A stretch of 63,790 nt of DNA from Candidatus Omnitrophota bacterium. GTDB lineage: Bacteria; Omnitrophota; Gorgyraeia; Gorgyraeales; Gorgyraeaceae. A model generated the notes under the pieces. The model had not been told where the DNA came from, ran no database searches, and saw nothing but the letters and a program-made list of their open reading frames with translations. A program made the translations under genes and the position numbers. Below, in pieces: positions 27,342 to 37,428 of the stretch (position 1 is its first letter; each line of letters starts with the position of its first letter). Location: NCBI GenBank assembly GCA_018814825.1, contig JAHIYJ010000034.1, positions 1 to 63,790 of the forward strand. The letters are read 5' to 3'.

Positions 27342-29417
27342 TTATCTTGTGTGGTTTGGATTGTAATACTTACCGTAATAATATTGCGGATAGGAATAGA
27401 CGTCTTTAGTAAGCGATATATTGTTCAATATGACACCGAGTATCCTGGCGTCAACCTTCTTCAGTAATTCCTTGGACCTGGCCAAGAGATCCCTTGTTGA
27501 CCTTCCGCCTTCCGCTATGAGTATCACTCCCGTAGCCATGCTGGACAGTATCTGAGCATCGGTTAAGAGCGATACAGGGGGCGTATCTAATATTATCTTT
27601 GAGAATCTGGAGCCGGCCTCTTCCAGGAATTGTTTCATATTCTTGGAATATAAGAGTTCCGCCGGTTTATGTGTGCATTTGCCGGACGTCACTATGCACA
27701 TATTGTCTATGCCTGGGTCTCTGATTATGGAATCGAAGTCATTTTCCTCAAGAAGGAACTGGGAGAGCCCTGGTTCGTTTTGCAGCTTAAATACAGTGTG
27801 TATCCTAGGTTTGCGCATATCAGCGTCGACCAGCAACACCCTCTCTCCGCTATTCGCTATCATGACGGAAAGGTTTATGGCCGTCATAGTCTTGCCTTCC
27901 CTGGGTATGGAACTCGTTATTACTATACTCTTGGACGAGGAAGAATGATTTAAGGAAAATAACAGGTTAGTCCTTATGATCCTGTATGCCTCTGACGCCA
28001 ATGAATAGGTATCTTTCTCGACAATGTGGTCGATTTCCTCTTTCTTTTTTATATTCTTACCGTCAGGTCTTATCTTTGGGACAGAACCCAGTACGGGCAT
28101 CTCCAGCAGGCTCTCTATCTCGCTCGGGTCTTTTATGGTGGTATCCATGTAATCCCTGAAGAACGCCAGCGCCACGCCTCCCGAAAAACCCACTATGATA
28201 GCCAGCGCTATATTAAGCTTTTTTCTAGGCTTTATAGGCTTTTTTGGCACTTCCGCCAGATCCTGCACCCTGACATTATTTGTCTGTATCTGGTTCGAGA
28301 TAGAAGTCTCTTTTAATCTATTAAGCACTATCTGCAATACCCTTTCGCCGGTTTCCACTTCTCTCTGCAGGGCATTGTATTTTATTATCTTTCGCTCCAG
28401 CTCGAGAGCCTTTTTCTTTTGCTCCTCAACCGCCTGCACGAATTTATTTTCTTCCTCTACGCTATTTTTATACTCCGTCTCTATCTCGCTCTTTATGCGC
28501 GACTCTAGGTGCGCTATGTTTCCAAGAAGGGTTATCATCTTGGGGTGTTTTTCCTTATAAACCTTCTTATACTCCACGAGAAGGGTCTCCTGCTTAAGGT
28601 AATCGTTCTTCAGCTGCTGGATAGTCTCATTACCCGTGGTCAACGTCGGGAGGCTCTTCAGCGTCATATTCCCCTCATTGTCAATCAGGCTCCTGTAAGA
28701 GGTCTCCGCGCGTATCCTTTTTGTCTTGGCCTCAAGATAATTTGTGTTTAATTTCACCATGCTGTCGTTTATCATGTTCTCCTGGTTTTTTATGGAAACT
28801 ATATCATTGGCCTCTTTATAAGCTTGAAGGTTGAGTTCTGATTCATTAACTTTCTTCTTCTGCTGCTCAACTTCTTCCTTGAGCCAGGCCTGTGCCTGGT
28901 CTAAGGCCTTCATTTTCAAGGCGATATTGGAATCCGCGTATACCTTGGCGAACTCATTGGCTATAAGACTGGCCAGTTTAGGGTCTTCATCATCAATGCT
29001 TATCTTTAATATCCTTGTATCCCTTATAAGCTCAACGTGCAACTTTTTCAAAAGATGTTCTATGGGGTCGTTCTCTTTTTTAAACTCATTCAGCCTGTTC
29101 AGATTCAGGTTCTTTATGACATAGTGGACGGTGCGGCGGCTGCGTATGATTTCCTGCTGCGTCTCGATATAATCTCTGTAGGCCAGGTAATTTGTCTCCC
29201 CGAGCTTCACGACATCTTTAACGGCGAGTACGTCAGGACTCTCAACGTCGACTATCACCGTAGACGTAGCCCTGTAAACCTCTTTCTGAAGAAATGTGGC
29301 GAGGGTTATAGCCGTGACCGTTATAAGAAAAAAAGTAACAGTGATCCACTTTCTCCTTCTTAATATATTAAGGTAATCCCTTACATGCATATATCTGTTT
29401 AAGTAATTTACCTGCAT
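27342..29417 (-). CDS. Wzc-type polysaccharide co-polymerase fused to BY-tyrosine kinase (PCP-2a)
   Basis: 691-aa ORF. Wzz-like N-terminus with 2 TM and a long coiled coil. Kinase motifs are Walker A SSIPREGKTMTAINLS, Walker A' LLVDADMRKP and Walker B KIILDTPP. C-terminal Tyr cluster is YSYPQYYYGKYY. Confidence 0.9.
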   Translation of the reverse strand: MQVNYLNRYMHVRDYLNILRRRKWITVTFFLITVTAITLATFLQKEVYRATSTVIVDVESPDVLAVKDVVKLGETNYLAYRDYIETQQEIIRSRRTVHYVIKNLNLNRLNEFKKENDPIEHLLKKLHVELIRDTRILKISIDDEDPKLASLIANEFAKVYADSNIALKMKALDQAQAWLKEEVEQQKKKVNESELNLQAYKEANDIVSIKNQENMINDSMVKLNTNYLEAKTKRIRAETSYRSLIDNEGNMTLKSLPTLTTGNETIQQLKNDYLKQETLLVEYKKVYKEKHPKMITLLGNIAHLESRIKSEIETEYKNSVEEENKFVQAVEEQKKKALELERKIIKYNALQREVETGERVLQIVLNRLKETSISNQIQTNNVRVQDLAEVPKKPIKPRKKLNIALAIIVGFSGGVALAFFRDYMDTTIKDPSEIESLLEMPVLGSVPKIRPDGKNIKKKEEIDHIVEKDTYSLASEAYRIIRTNLLFSLNHSSSSKSIVITSSIPREGKTMTAINLSVMIANSGERVLLVDADMRKPRIHTVFKLQNEPGLSQFLLEENDFDSIIRDPGIDNMCIVTSGKCTHKPAELLYSKNMKQFLEEAGSRFSKIILDTPPVSLLTDAQILSSMATGVILIAEGGRSTRDLLARSKELLKKVDARILGVILNNISLTKDVYSYPQYYYGKYYNPNHTR

Positions 29418-29429
29418 ATCGTCTCCGAG

Positions 29430-30017
29430 TTAAAAAAAACTCTCCGGCACCACTACAATGTCCCCTGGTTTTACAGGGACGTCTTTGTCTTTCTCGCCTT
29501 TTTTGGTTATGTCCGTTACCTTCACGTGTATGGTCAGTTCCTCGCCGTTTTCTATGCGTATGATCTTAGTACCGTTAGCCGCGGCACCTTCCTTGAACCC
29601 TCCCGCCATGGTAATAGCCTCCAATACAGTGGTAGCCTTGTCCTTGGAAAGTTCGTATTCGCCGGGTTTATTCACAAAGCCCATTACAAAGACTTTATCC
29701 GAGCGATAGTCTTCTATAAAGACGTTTACCTGGGGGTTGACCAGGTAATCTTTTTTTAAAAGCATGGTTATCTTTCTCTCTATCTCACCCACTGAGAGCC
29801 CTTTTACCTGGATCTCATTTATTAAAGGAAACGTGATTGTGCCTTTAGAGGCGACTCTGGTCTTTGTGGTAAGGTCAGGCTGTTCATATACGGTAATAAG
29901 GAGCACGTCCCCGGCATCCACTTTATATTCATCGCAATAGGCAAAGGCGGGGAAGAGGTTTAATATTACAAAAATTATAACTAACCTGTGAAATTTTCTT
30001 TTAATCCGCGTGATCAT
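29430..30017 (-). CDS. Short Wza/OPX-type polysaccharide export protein (Poly_export + SLBB)
   Basis: 195-aa ORF with a signal peptide. Motifs are YKVDAGDVLLITVYEQPDL, TITFPLINEIQVKGLSVGEIERKI and VFVMGFVNKPGEYEL. Confidence 0.85.
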   Translation of the reverse strand: MITRIKRKFHRLVIIFVILNLFPAFAYCDEYKVDAGDVLLITVYEQPDLTTKTRVASKGTITFPLINEIQVKGLSVGEIERKITMLLKKDYLVNPQVNVFIEDYRSDKVFVMGFVNKPGEYELSKDKATTVLEAITMAGGFKEGAAANGTKIIRIENGEELTIHVKVTDITKKGEKDKDVPVKPGDIVVVPESFF

Positions 30018-30019
30018 AT

Positions 30020-31192
30020 TTAAAATTCTGCCCTCGCGGTCAATGTAACCAGATTTTCGTTGTAGTCATAGACCCCAAAATTGGAATCTCTCGTTATGTG
30101 TTCGGCGTGCAGTTTAAAGCTGAGCCAGGTCTTCATATAATACTTAAATCCAGCGCCAAGGGAATAATACTTGTCTTCTCTTTTTTTGGTTTCCGAACCC
30201 TCGGTCGTCTCCCTGGGGTAAGAGTTTATCCGGTATTCGCCTGTTAAAAAGCCGAGGAGCTTGGTGTTGAAAAAATGATCAAACGTCGCGGTAACGTTTT
30301 CCGCGCGATAAAAATTATTAACACCATAAGTCGACTCATAAGCCGTCCGCTCGAAAGATATCTTCAGGGCGTTTTTTTGCGAGAATCTATGCACCGCATC
30401 AGCATACAGGACACCCGTGTCGAAATCAGGCTGGTCGCCGTCCTCATAATCACGGATTTGATAGCCTGTCTTGATAGTGGCGGTTGTCTTTGGAGTGAGC
30501 TCTCCTATGGCCCCTACCAGGAACTGGTGATAGTCGGAATCTGAGCGAGTCGACTGGTCATATCTTATCTGGCCAAAGTCATATTCGATAAGGAGCTTTG
30601 TCTTGGCGAATGTCTGATGCGTGAGCATTAAGGAATAGAGGCTATCGTTCCTGTCATATGCGTCATAGGCAGGGATCGAGCGATAGTTTCTTATAAAATT
30701 CTCGTAGCCCAGCTGGACGCCAAGCCTCTCCCTCTCAAGCGCTACGGTAACCCCGGCCCTGTTATCATCCCTTTTTACCCTATCACTGTCCTCTGTGCTC
30801 GGCCTTTCAAACACCCGGCGAAAATCATCATAAAACGTAAACTTTACATCACGCCATGGAACATCCAGAGTTCCTGAGGCAAAGTGATCTACCGCGTCCT
30901 GAGACGTATTGTCCAGAAAGCGATTGATATTAACATGATAATCGAGTTTCAGGCTATTATCGCGAAAAGGCCAATCCACCCCTATGCCGGGTGTAAGGGT
31001 ATATATAAAATCGTCCTTTTCATCGCTCGAACTCAAAAACACGTTGTCGTCATATTGGACTTTTATTTCAGCGTAAGGTGAGATTTCCGCGTTTCCTATT
31101 CTTATACCCTGGGCGGCGTAAGAAAAAGGGTTAAAGAGCAGGCTAATACTTAGGAAGGTGATAAAACAAAAAATCTGATATACTTTTTTCAT
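30020..31192 (-). CDS. Outer-membrane beta-barrel protein of the EPS export module
   Basis: 390-aa ORF. Signal peptide FITFLSISLLFNPFSYA, alternating beta-strand pattern throughout, and a C-terminal TLTARAEF (terminal Phe). 2-nt gap to the Wza-like gene. Confidence 0.75.
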   Translation of the reverse strand: MKKVYQIFCFITFLSISLLFNPFSYAAQGIRIGNAEISPYAEIKVQYDDNVFLSSSDEKDDFIYTLTPGIGVDWPFRDNSLKLDYHVNINRFLDNTSQDAVDHFASGTLDVPWRDVKFTFYDDFRRVFERPSTEDSDRVKRDDNRAGVTVALERERLGVQLGYENFIRNYRSIPAYDAYDRNDSLYSLMLTHQTFAKTKLLIEYDFGQIRYDQSTRSDSDYHQFLVGAIGELTPKTTATIKTGYQIRDYEDGDQPDFDTGVLYADAVHRFSQKNALKISFERTAYESTYGVNNFYRAENVTATFDHFFNTKLLGFLTGEYRINSYPRETTEGSETKKREDKYYSLGAGFKYYMKTWLSFKLHAEHITRDSNFGVYDYNENLVTLTARAEF

Positions 31193-31229
31193 GAGTCATC
31201 TCCTGTGTGTTTTTATACGGTTTTAAGTA

Positions 31230-31258
31230 AGTATACCAGATTTAAAAGAGTTTGTCAA
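31230..31258 (-). promoter_or_regulatory. Sigma70 promoter for the EPS export genes
   Basis: Minus-strand reading: TTGACA (31253-31258), 17-nt spacer AACTCTTTTAAATCTGG, TATACT (31230-31235). It lies about 38 nt upstream of ATG 31192, which has SD AGGAG. Confidence 0.6.
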
Positions 31259-31300
31259 TACTTTTTCTATATTTTTTATTAGTTTAAACTTATTCCATAT

Positions 31301-31858
31301 TTACCTCCTGATTAAAGCTAAAGTTTCTGATCTTGTTTTTTGGTTTGTCTGAAAGACCCCTCTTACAGCGCTTGTAATAGTAATTGTACCTGGTTTTTTA
31401 ACCCCTCTCATACTCATACATAAGTGCTCGGCCTCAATAATAACCATTATGCCCCTTGGTTTTAATTTCTTCATCACTATGCCGGCTATCTGTGTTGTCA
31501 GGCGCTCCTGAACCTGAAGCCTCTTTGACAATGTTTCCACTATCCTGGCGAGTTTGCTTAGGCCTGTAACCCTATTATTTCCAGGGATATAAGCTATATG
31601 GGCCTTGCCTATAAACGGCAAAAGATGGTGTTCACACATAGAATACAGAGGTATATCTTTTAAAAGCACTATCTCATCGTGTTTTTCGCCTAAAAGCACC
31701 TCTAGTTCTTTTGACGGGTCTTTTGATATGCCTGAAAGGATCTCCTCATACATGTCAGCTACTCTTTCAGGTGTCTTTTTAAGGTCTGCCCTTTCAGGGT
31801 TATCCCCAACTGCCTCAAGTATCATTCTGACCGCCTTTTCAATCTTCTTTTTATCCAT
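31301..31858 (-). CDS. folE: GTP cyclohydrolase I
   Basis: 185-aa ORF with motifs CEHHLLPF and HLCMSMRGV. Confidence 0.93.
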   Translation of the reverse strand: MDKKKIEKAVRMILEAVGDNPERADLKKTPERVADMYEEILSGISKDPSKELEVLLGEKHDEIVLLKDIPLYSMCEHHLLPFIGKAHIAYIPGNNRVTGLSKLARIVETLSKRLQVQERLTTQIAGIVMKKLKPRGIMVIIEAEHLCMSMRGVKKPGTITITSAVRGVFQTNQKTRSETLALIRR

Positions 31859-31870
31859 ATCAACCTCCGT

Positions 31871-33277
31871 TTATTTACCTATACAGAACTCTGAAAATAT
31901 CCTGTCCAGGGCCTCTTCAGTTATGGTATGCCCTGTCATTTCACCTATCGCGGCTATTGACGAGCGCAAGTATATCGCCACGCAGTCCATAGATACCTTA
32001 TCTTTAATAGCCTCCATGGCTTCCTTGAGATCCGCGAGTGAGCCGCGTAACGCGCTTAGCTGTCTTTCGTTTGATACGCTGGCTATGTCGGCTGATGGCG
32101 CTTTTCCTTTAAATATTAGTTTCTTTATGGTTTCTTCCAACTCATCTATACCTGAAGAGTCAGTAGCGCAAGTATATATCACGGGTAAGCCGGGGAAAAC
32201 CTTCCTTACACGTCTCAAATCAATCTGCCTCTTAAGGTCTTTTTTATTTATTACCATTATAATACTATCCCTGCCTTTTAGGTTATCCATGATTTTAGAA
32301 TCATTGGCGTGAATTTTCCTGTTGTAGTCCAGAACAAATAAAACCAGGTCCGCGGTACGCACAGAAATTTCACTTCTCTTAACCCCTTCTTTTTCCGCCG
32401 GGTGGCCGCTTGGCCTTATGCCAGCCGTATCCACAAGGACCACGGGTATACCTTTAATATTAGCTGTCTCCTCTATAGTATCCCTGGTAGTCCCCGGTAT
32501 ACGCGTTACTATTGCCCTTGATTCTTTAAGAATCGCATTCATGAGGCTTGATTTGCCCACATTAGGACTGCCGCATATAACCGCCCTTATACCATGCCGC
32601 AAGACCTTGCCTTCCTGGGCTTTTGATATCAGTTTTTCCATTTCTTTTTCAATGCGACGAAGCCTCGCCAGAGTGTCTTTTGCCCCTCTTTTCTCGACGT
32701 CCGCTTCCTCTGCAAAATCTATAGAGGCCTCTATCCGGGCCAGTATATCCAGCATTTCGCTTCTGATATTGCGAGCCTTTTCTGAAAAGGCGCCCTGCAG
32801 GCTGTTCATAGCGGCCCTCAGGCTCAAATCCGTCTTCGCCCTTATAACATCAAGAACGGCTTCCGCCTGCATTATATCTATCCTGTTGTTTAAAAACGCT
32901 CTCTTTGTAAACTCCCCGGGCTCGGCGAGCCTGGCGCCATTCATCAAGACAAGATCTAATATCTTTTTAAGCGGCACGATCCCGCCGTGGCAATTTATCT
33001 CAACTATGTCCTCCCTGGTATAACTCTTCGGCGCCCGCATCACAGTCAATAGGACCTCATCTATTACCTTCTTCTCTCTCCCGACAATATGCCCATAATG
33101 GATCGTATAGGTCTTAAACCCTGACGGTTTCTTACCATTGCCGGACACAAAGATCTTATCGGCTATTTTCAGTGAATCCCTGCCGCTAAGCCGTACAATC
33201 CCTATACCTCCCTCTCCTATCGGAGTAGAAATAGCGGCAATCGTATCATCCAATTTTATACTATTCATAGTTTCCAT
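31871..33277 (-). CDS. mnmE: tRNA modification GTPase MnmE/TrmE
   Basis: 468-aa ORF. Motifs are G1 GSPNVGKSS, DTAGIR and NKKDL, with a C-terminal FCIGK. Confidence 0.93.
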   Translation of the reverse strand: METMNSIKLDDTIAAISTPIGEGGIGIVRLSGRDSLKIADKIFVSGNGKKPSGFKTYTIHYGHIVGREKKVIDEVLLTVMRAPKSYTREDIVEINCHGGIVPLKKILDLVLMNGARLAEPGEFTKRAFLNNRIDIMQAEAVLDVIRAKTDLSLRAAMNSLQGAFSEKARNIRSEMLDILARIEASIDFAEEADVEKRGAKDTLARLRRIEKEMEKLISKAQEGKVLRHGIRAVICGSPNVGKSSLMNAILKESRAIVTRIPGTTRDTIEETANIKGIPVVLVDTAGIRPSGHPAEKEGVKRSEISVRTADLVLFVLDYNRKIHANDSKIMDNLKGRDSIIMVINKKDLKRQIDLRRVRKVFPGLPVIYTCATDSSGIDELEETIKKLIFKGKAPSADIASVSNERQLSALRGSLADLKEAMEAIKDKVSMDCVAIYLRSSIAAIGEMTGHTITEEALDRIFSEFCIGK

Positions 33278-33360
33278 TGCCTAACTTGACGATTCTTACA
33301 ATGTAAGTTTTGTCAAGTTAAGCAGCATCCCTCGACTGCGCTCGGGAAAGGAATTTCCTA

Positions 33361-34770
33361 CTATATCAAGTTAAGCGCCTCGCCCACAAGAAACAAAGAC
33401 CCTGTGACTAATATCAGGTCTTTTTTATCCGTCAGTTCCAGCGCCCTCCTCATCGCATCCTCTAAATTATCAGCACACTCAATAGCCTGCATTGAGCACG
33501 GGAAGTTTTCTCTTAAATAGGCGGGTTTTGCGGCTCTTATATTCCTTGACTTTGTTACAATCACCGTATCACAAGCCAGCGCCAATTCCCCGGAAATCCC
33601 TTTTATATCTTTATCAGCGGACGCGCCGAATATACATATCAATCTATTATAATCAAATATACTCTTAATGGAAGACAAAACCGCTTTTACGCTTGCTACA
33701 TTCTGAGCGCCGTCCAGCAGGATATAAGGGGCTTTACTTATAATATGGAGCCTCCCCGGCCATAGCGTTTTTTTCAGGCCGTTCCTTACGGCTTCTTCGC
33801 TTATATCGTACTTATCATAGGGCAAGGCCTTGACCATCGCTACAGCCAGACACGCGTTTTCCGCCTGGTGAAAGCCTATAAGATTCATCCTTAAATCTTT
33901 ATACGAATACCCCGGGCCTTCCATGTTAAACACAACCCCGTTTTTACCTAAATCTGTTATTGAATACTTTATGTCCTTTCCTATCTCATGTAATTCAGCG
34001 CCCTTGAGCCTACTGACTTCTCTTATAATATCCGCGACTTCCTTTTCCTGCGAAGCAACAACAACCATCCCCCCAGCTTTAATGATCCCTGCCTTTTCCT
34101 TTACTATGGCGCTTAATGTGCCCCCAAGTTTATCCGCATGCTCCATACTGATATTCGTCAGCCCAGAGACAAGAGGCTGGACTACATTTGTGGCGTCAAG
34201 CCGCCCGCCAAGACCTGTTTCCAGAACAGCTATATCAACCCGCCTTTCCTTGAAATATAAAAATGCAACAGCTGTTAATATCTCAAAAAAGGACAACTTG
34301 CCTAATTCTTTATGATCCCTGAAGCCCTCAGCCACGGGCTTTATATTTTCTATCAGCCGGGTAAATTCTTCCTGTTCTACCGCCCCTTCAAATCCCAGAC
34401 CTCCGGACTCTGCCCCTCCGCCGCGGCTGAAGCCTTGATCCAGTACCCTGATTCTCTCCCTCATATCCATAAGATGCGGGGAAGTATACAGTCCTACCCT
34501 ATAGCCTGATTCTTTTAATATATGTGCCGTGATAACACAGGTAGAACCTTTACCTTTTGACCCGGCGATATGCACCGAGTCAAAAGCCTTATGAGGATTT
34601 CCTAATCGCTCCAGGAAAGAGCGTATCCTTTCCAATTTAAAACTTAAGGCATAGTTATATTGAGAGATCTTCTCGAAGTCTATGAAGGAATTTACATACT
34701 CTAAAACACTGGTGTAATCCATCAAATTAACAGGGGCTTCCGCTTGGGCAGAAGCGCACCTATCTATCAA
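33361..34770 (-). CDS. folC: Folylpolyglutamate synthase/dihydrofolate synthase
   Basis: 469-aa ORF of Mur-ligase type, with P-loop HIAGSKGKGST. The track start is a TTG overlapping the purH stop (TTGA). An alternative ATG at 34720-34722 (MDYTSVLEY) is equally plausible. Confidence 0.88.
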   Translation of the reverse strand: MIDRCASAQAEAPVNLMDYTSVLEYVNSFIDFEKISQYNYALSFKLERIRSFLERLGNPHKAFDSVHIAGSKGKGSTCVITAHILKESGYRVGLYTSPHLMDMRERIRVLDQGFSRGGGAESGGLGFEGAVEQEEFTRLIENIKPVAEGFRDHKELGKLSFFEILTAVAFLYFKERRVDIAVLETGLGGRLDATNVVQPLVSGLTNISMEHADKLGGTLSAIVKEKAGIIKAGGMVVVASQEKEVADIIREVSRLKGAELHEIGKDIKYSITDLGKNGVVFNMEGPGYSYKDLRMNLIGFHQAENACLAVAMVKALPYDKYDISEEAVRNGLKKTLWPGRLHIISKAPYILLDGAQNVASVKAVLSSIKSIFDYNRLICIFGASADKDIKGISGELALACDTVIVTKSRNIRAAKPAYLRENFPCSMQAIECADNLEDAMRRALELTDKKDLILVTGSLFLVGEALNLI

Positions 34771-36362
34771 TGTTTAAAGTGGCGTTTGCCCGTGAACACC
34801 ATGCTTATGCCGGCCTCGTCACACGCCTTTATGACATATTCATCGCGTATAGAGCCTCCTGGCTGGATTATGCTGATAACGCCCGCCTTTTTCGCCTCTT
34901 CTATGGCATCCTCTTTCGGGAAAAAAGCGTCGCTTGCGCAAGTTGAACCCCGTGAGCGCCCGCTGGACTTCCTGATGGATATTATCATTGAATCGACCCT
35001 TGACATCTGGCCTGCCCCGATGCCAACCGTCTTTGTGCCCTGAGACAACACAATTGCGTTCGAGCGCACGTACTTAACAATCTTCCAGCCAAATAAGAGC
35101 GATTCTATCTCCTCATCCGTTGGTTGTTTCTTTGTGACTATTTTAATGTCTTTATGCCCTGTCGTGAGAGCATCCCTGTCCTGTATCAAGACTCCGCCTA
35201 GTACTTTTTTCAGGTCATAATCTTTTTCTATACCCCTCAAGGCCCCCGTCTCTATCAACCTAAGGTTTTTCTTCTGCGTCAAAATATCAAGGGCGGCCTT
35301 TTCATACGCCGGGGCAATGACGCATTCCGTAAAACCTGCCGAAGCTATGGCCTCTGCGGTATCAGCGTCCACGTTTCTGTTAAGGCCCGCGATACTCCCA
35401 AACGCCGATGTCCTGTCACAGTCCAGGGCATCCACATAAGCCTTTTTCAGCTCTTTGGCGCTGGCCACGCCGCAGGGATTAGTATGTTTTATGACACTGG
35501 CCGCAGGTTCTTTGAACTCTTTCACTATCTCTAGGGCAGCGTCCAGATCTATGATATTATTGAATGAGAGTTCTTTGCCGTGCAGCTGTTTCGCGTTGCT
35601 TATGCCGACAAAATTTACGTTTTTATCCCTGTAAAAACACGCCTTCTGGTGCGGGTTTTCGCCATACCTAAGATCCTGCGCTTTCTTAAAACTCAAATTC
35701 AAGTTATCCGGAAATTTCCCATCCTGAGCCATGAGCCCTGCCTGTCCGCCGTGGCAGAAGCCCCGAGCCTCTAATTGTCCTTTTAAATAGTTATATATCG
35801 CGGCGTCATATTTATAGGTCTTTTCAAACACCTCAACACCCAATTTAAAATGCAATTCATCGGAAATCGCCCCTTTATTCTTTTTCAGGTCCTCAAGGAT
35901 TTCCCCATACCTCGCTGAATCGCAGACCACCACTACGTCCTTAAAATTCTTAGCGGCTGATCGCAGCATGCTGGGACCGCCTATATCTATATTTTCAATG
36001 GCCTCCTCGAATTTAACCCCCTCTTTAGCTACTGTCTTCTCAAACGGGTAAAGATTGACGACAACCATGTCAATAAGCTCTATCCCGTGTTTTTTTACCT
36101 GCTCCATATGATCTTTTTTATCTCTCAGGGACAAAAGACCTCCGTGTATTTTGGGGTGCAGGGTCTTGACCCTTCCGTCCAGCATCTCGGGAAATCCCGT
36201 ATAATCAGATACAGATCTTACCGGTATACCCAGACCCTGTATGAGTTTTGACGTGCCCCCCGTAGACAATATCTCCACACCTAACTCATTTAATCCCCTA
36301 ACCAGCTCTTCCAGTCCGCTTTTGTCAGAAACGCTGATCAGTGCACGCTTAATCTCTCTCAT
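34767..36362 (-). CDS. purH: Bifunctional AICAR transformylase/IMP cyclohydrolase
   Basis: 531-aa ORF. MGS-like N-terminus RALISVSDKSGLEELV...LSTGGT, KTLHPKIHGG, and C-terminal FTGKRHFKH. SD AGAGGAG. Confidence 0.95.
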   Translation of the reverse strand: MREIKRALISVSDKSGLEELVRGLNELGVEILSTGGTSKLIQGLGIPVRSVSDYTGFPEMLDGRVKTLHPKIHGGLLSLRDKKDHMEQVKKHGIELIDMVVVNLYPFEKTVAKEGVKFEEAIENIDIGGPSMLRSAAKNFKDVVVVCDSARYGEILEDLKKNKGAISDELHFKLGVEVFEKTYKYDAAIYNYLKGQLEARGFCHGGQAGLMAQDGKFPDNLNLSFKKAQDLRYGENPHQKACFYRDKNVNFVGISNAKQLHGKELSFNNIIDLDAALEIVKEFKEPAASVIKHTNPCGVASAKELKKAYVDALDCDRTSAFGSIAGLNRNVDADTAEAIASAGFTECVIAPAYEKAALDILTQKKNLRLIETGALRGIEKDYDLKKVLGGVLIQDRDALTTGHKDIKIVTKKQPTDEEIESLLFGWKIVKYVRSNAIVLSQGTKTVGIGAGQMSRVDSMIISIRKSSGRSRGSTCASDAFFPKEDAIEEAKKAGVISIIQPGGSIRDEYVIKACDEAGISMVFTGKRHFKH

Positions 36363-36377
36363 TTCGTCTCCTCTTTT

Positions 36378-36430
36378 TAGCGTCTAGCGTATAGCGTATA
36401 GTTAAAGCTTTTCCTCTACGCTATACGCTA
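36378..36430. repeat. Heptamer-built inverted-repeat element between the ychF-like gene and purH
   Basis: The plus strand reads TAGCGTC TAGCGTA TAGCGTA TAG (36378-36401), a 14-nt spacer, then the inverted CTACGCTATACGCTA (36416-36430). The inverted arm overlaps the last three codons and the stop of the ychF-like gene. It can form a hairpin of about 14 bp. Confidence 0.75.
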
Positions 36431-37428
36431 AATCTAATGTTAATAACATCCCCATCCTGCACCACATAATCCTTGCCTTCCAGCCTCAGCGCGCCTGCCT
36501 CGCGCGCCTTGTGAAAAGACCCGTTGGCTATGAAATCCGCGCAGCTTATAACCTCCGCCCTGATAAAACCTCTTTTTATGTCAGAATGTACCTTACCCGC
36601 CGCCTCTATCGCTGGCAAGCCGGATTTAAGGTGCCAGCCACGGGCCTCTTTTTCCCCGGCTGTGAAAAAAGTTATCAGATCGAGTTCTTTTAATATCGAT
36701 CTCGACATCTCTTCCTTAAACTCATACCCCGGGCCTAATTCTTTCGAAAATTTTTCCCTTTCCTCAGGTTCCAGATCCATAAGCTCAAGCTCTTCCTTGC
36801 CAAAAAATTTAACAAAAGAAATGCTTTTTTGAACACAATATCCCTCAAGTTCCTTTATCTTATCAGCTTGCCCCGAGATATCGCCTTCCGGAAGGTTTAT
36901 GGCTGCGATCAATGGCTTCAGGCTTAAGAAAAACAGTCCGGACAATAACTTTATCTCCTCTTTATCCAGGCCTGCCCCGCGTAAAAGGCCCCCCCCTGAG
37001 ACAAAGTCCTGGCATTTATCAAGTATCTTCAATTCTCCGTCACAGTCAGACCCTCTTCTCTCTTTTTGAAGCCTTGCTATCCTCGTCTGTATAATGTCCA
37101 GGTCGAACAGGATAATGTCGGTAAGTAAATTCTCAAAATCTTTTTTCGGGTCATCGCTGAAAAAAGCCCCGGCCGCGCATATGAAAAGATCCATCTCCTG
37201 TAATTGGGACAGGTCCTTTTTATTAAAACCTGACACGGCTCCCAAATCAACAAAAACGAACTCCGGGTACGTTATCTTTTTGGCAGAGACCATGTTGGCA
37301 ATCTTCTCCAGACGGCTGTCAGGGGCCCTGAAGACGCCTATATTGCCGGATATCTCTTTATTCCCTGATAAGATCTTTAATATAGTGGTCTTTCCACTCT
37401 GAGGAGGCCCGATTATTCCTATCTTCAT
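36421..37428 (-). CDS. ychF: YchF-like ribosome-binding ATPase (divergent, short)
   Basis: 335-aa ORF with P-loop IIGPPQSGKTT. The C-terminal DUF933/TGS-like region is FFTAGEKEARGWHLKSGLPAIEAAGKVHSDIKRGFIRAEV...VVQDGDVINIRFSV. Confidence 0.75.
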   Translation of the reverse strand: MKIGIIGPPQSGKTTILKILSGNKEISGNIGVFRAPDSRLEKIANMVSAKKITYPEFVFVDLGAVSGFNKKDLSQLQEMDLFICAAGAFFSDDPKKDFENLLTDIILFDLDIIQTRIARLQKERRGSDCDGELKILDKCQDFVSGGGLLRGAGLDKEEIKLLSGLFFLSLKPLIAAINLPEGDISGQADKIKELEGYCVQKSISFVKFFGKEELELMDLEPEEREKFSKELGPGYEFKEEMSRSILKELDLITFFTAGEKEARGWHLKSGLPAIEAAGKVHSDIKRGFIRAEVISCADFIANGSFHKAREAGALRLEGKDYVVQDGDVINIRFSV

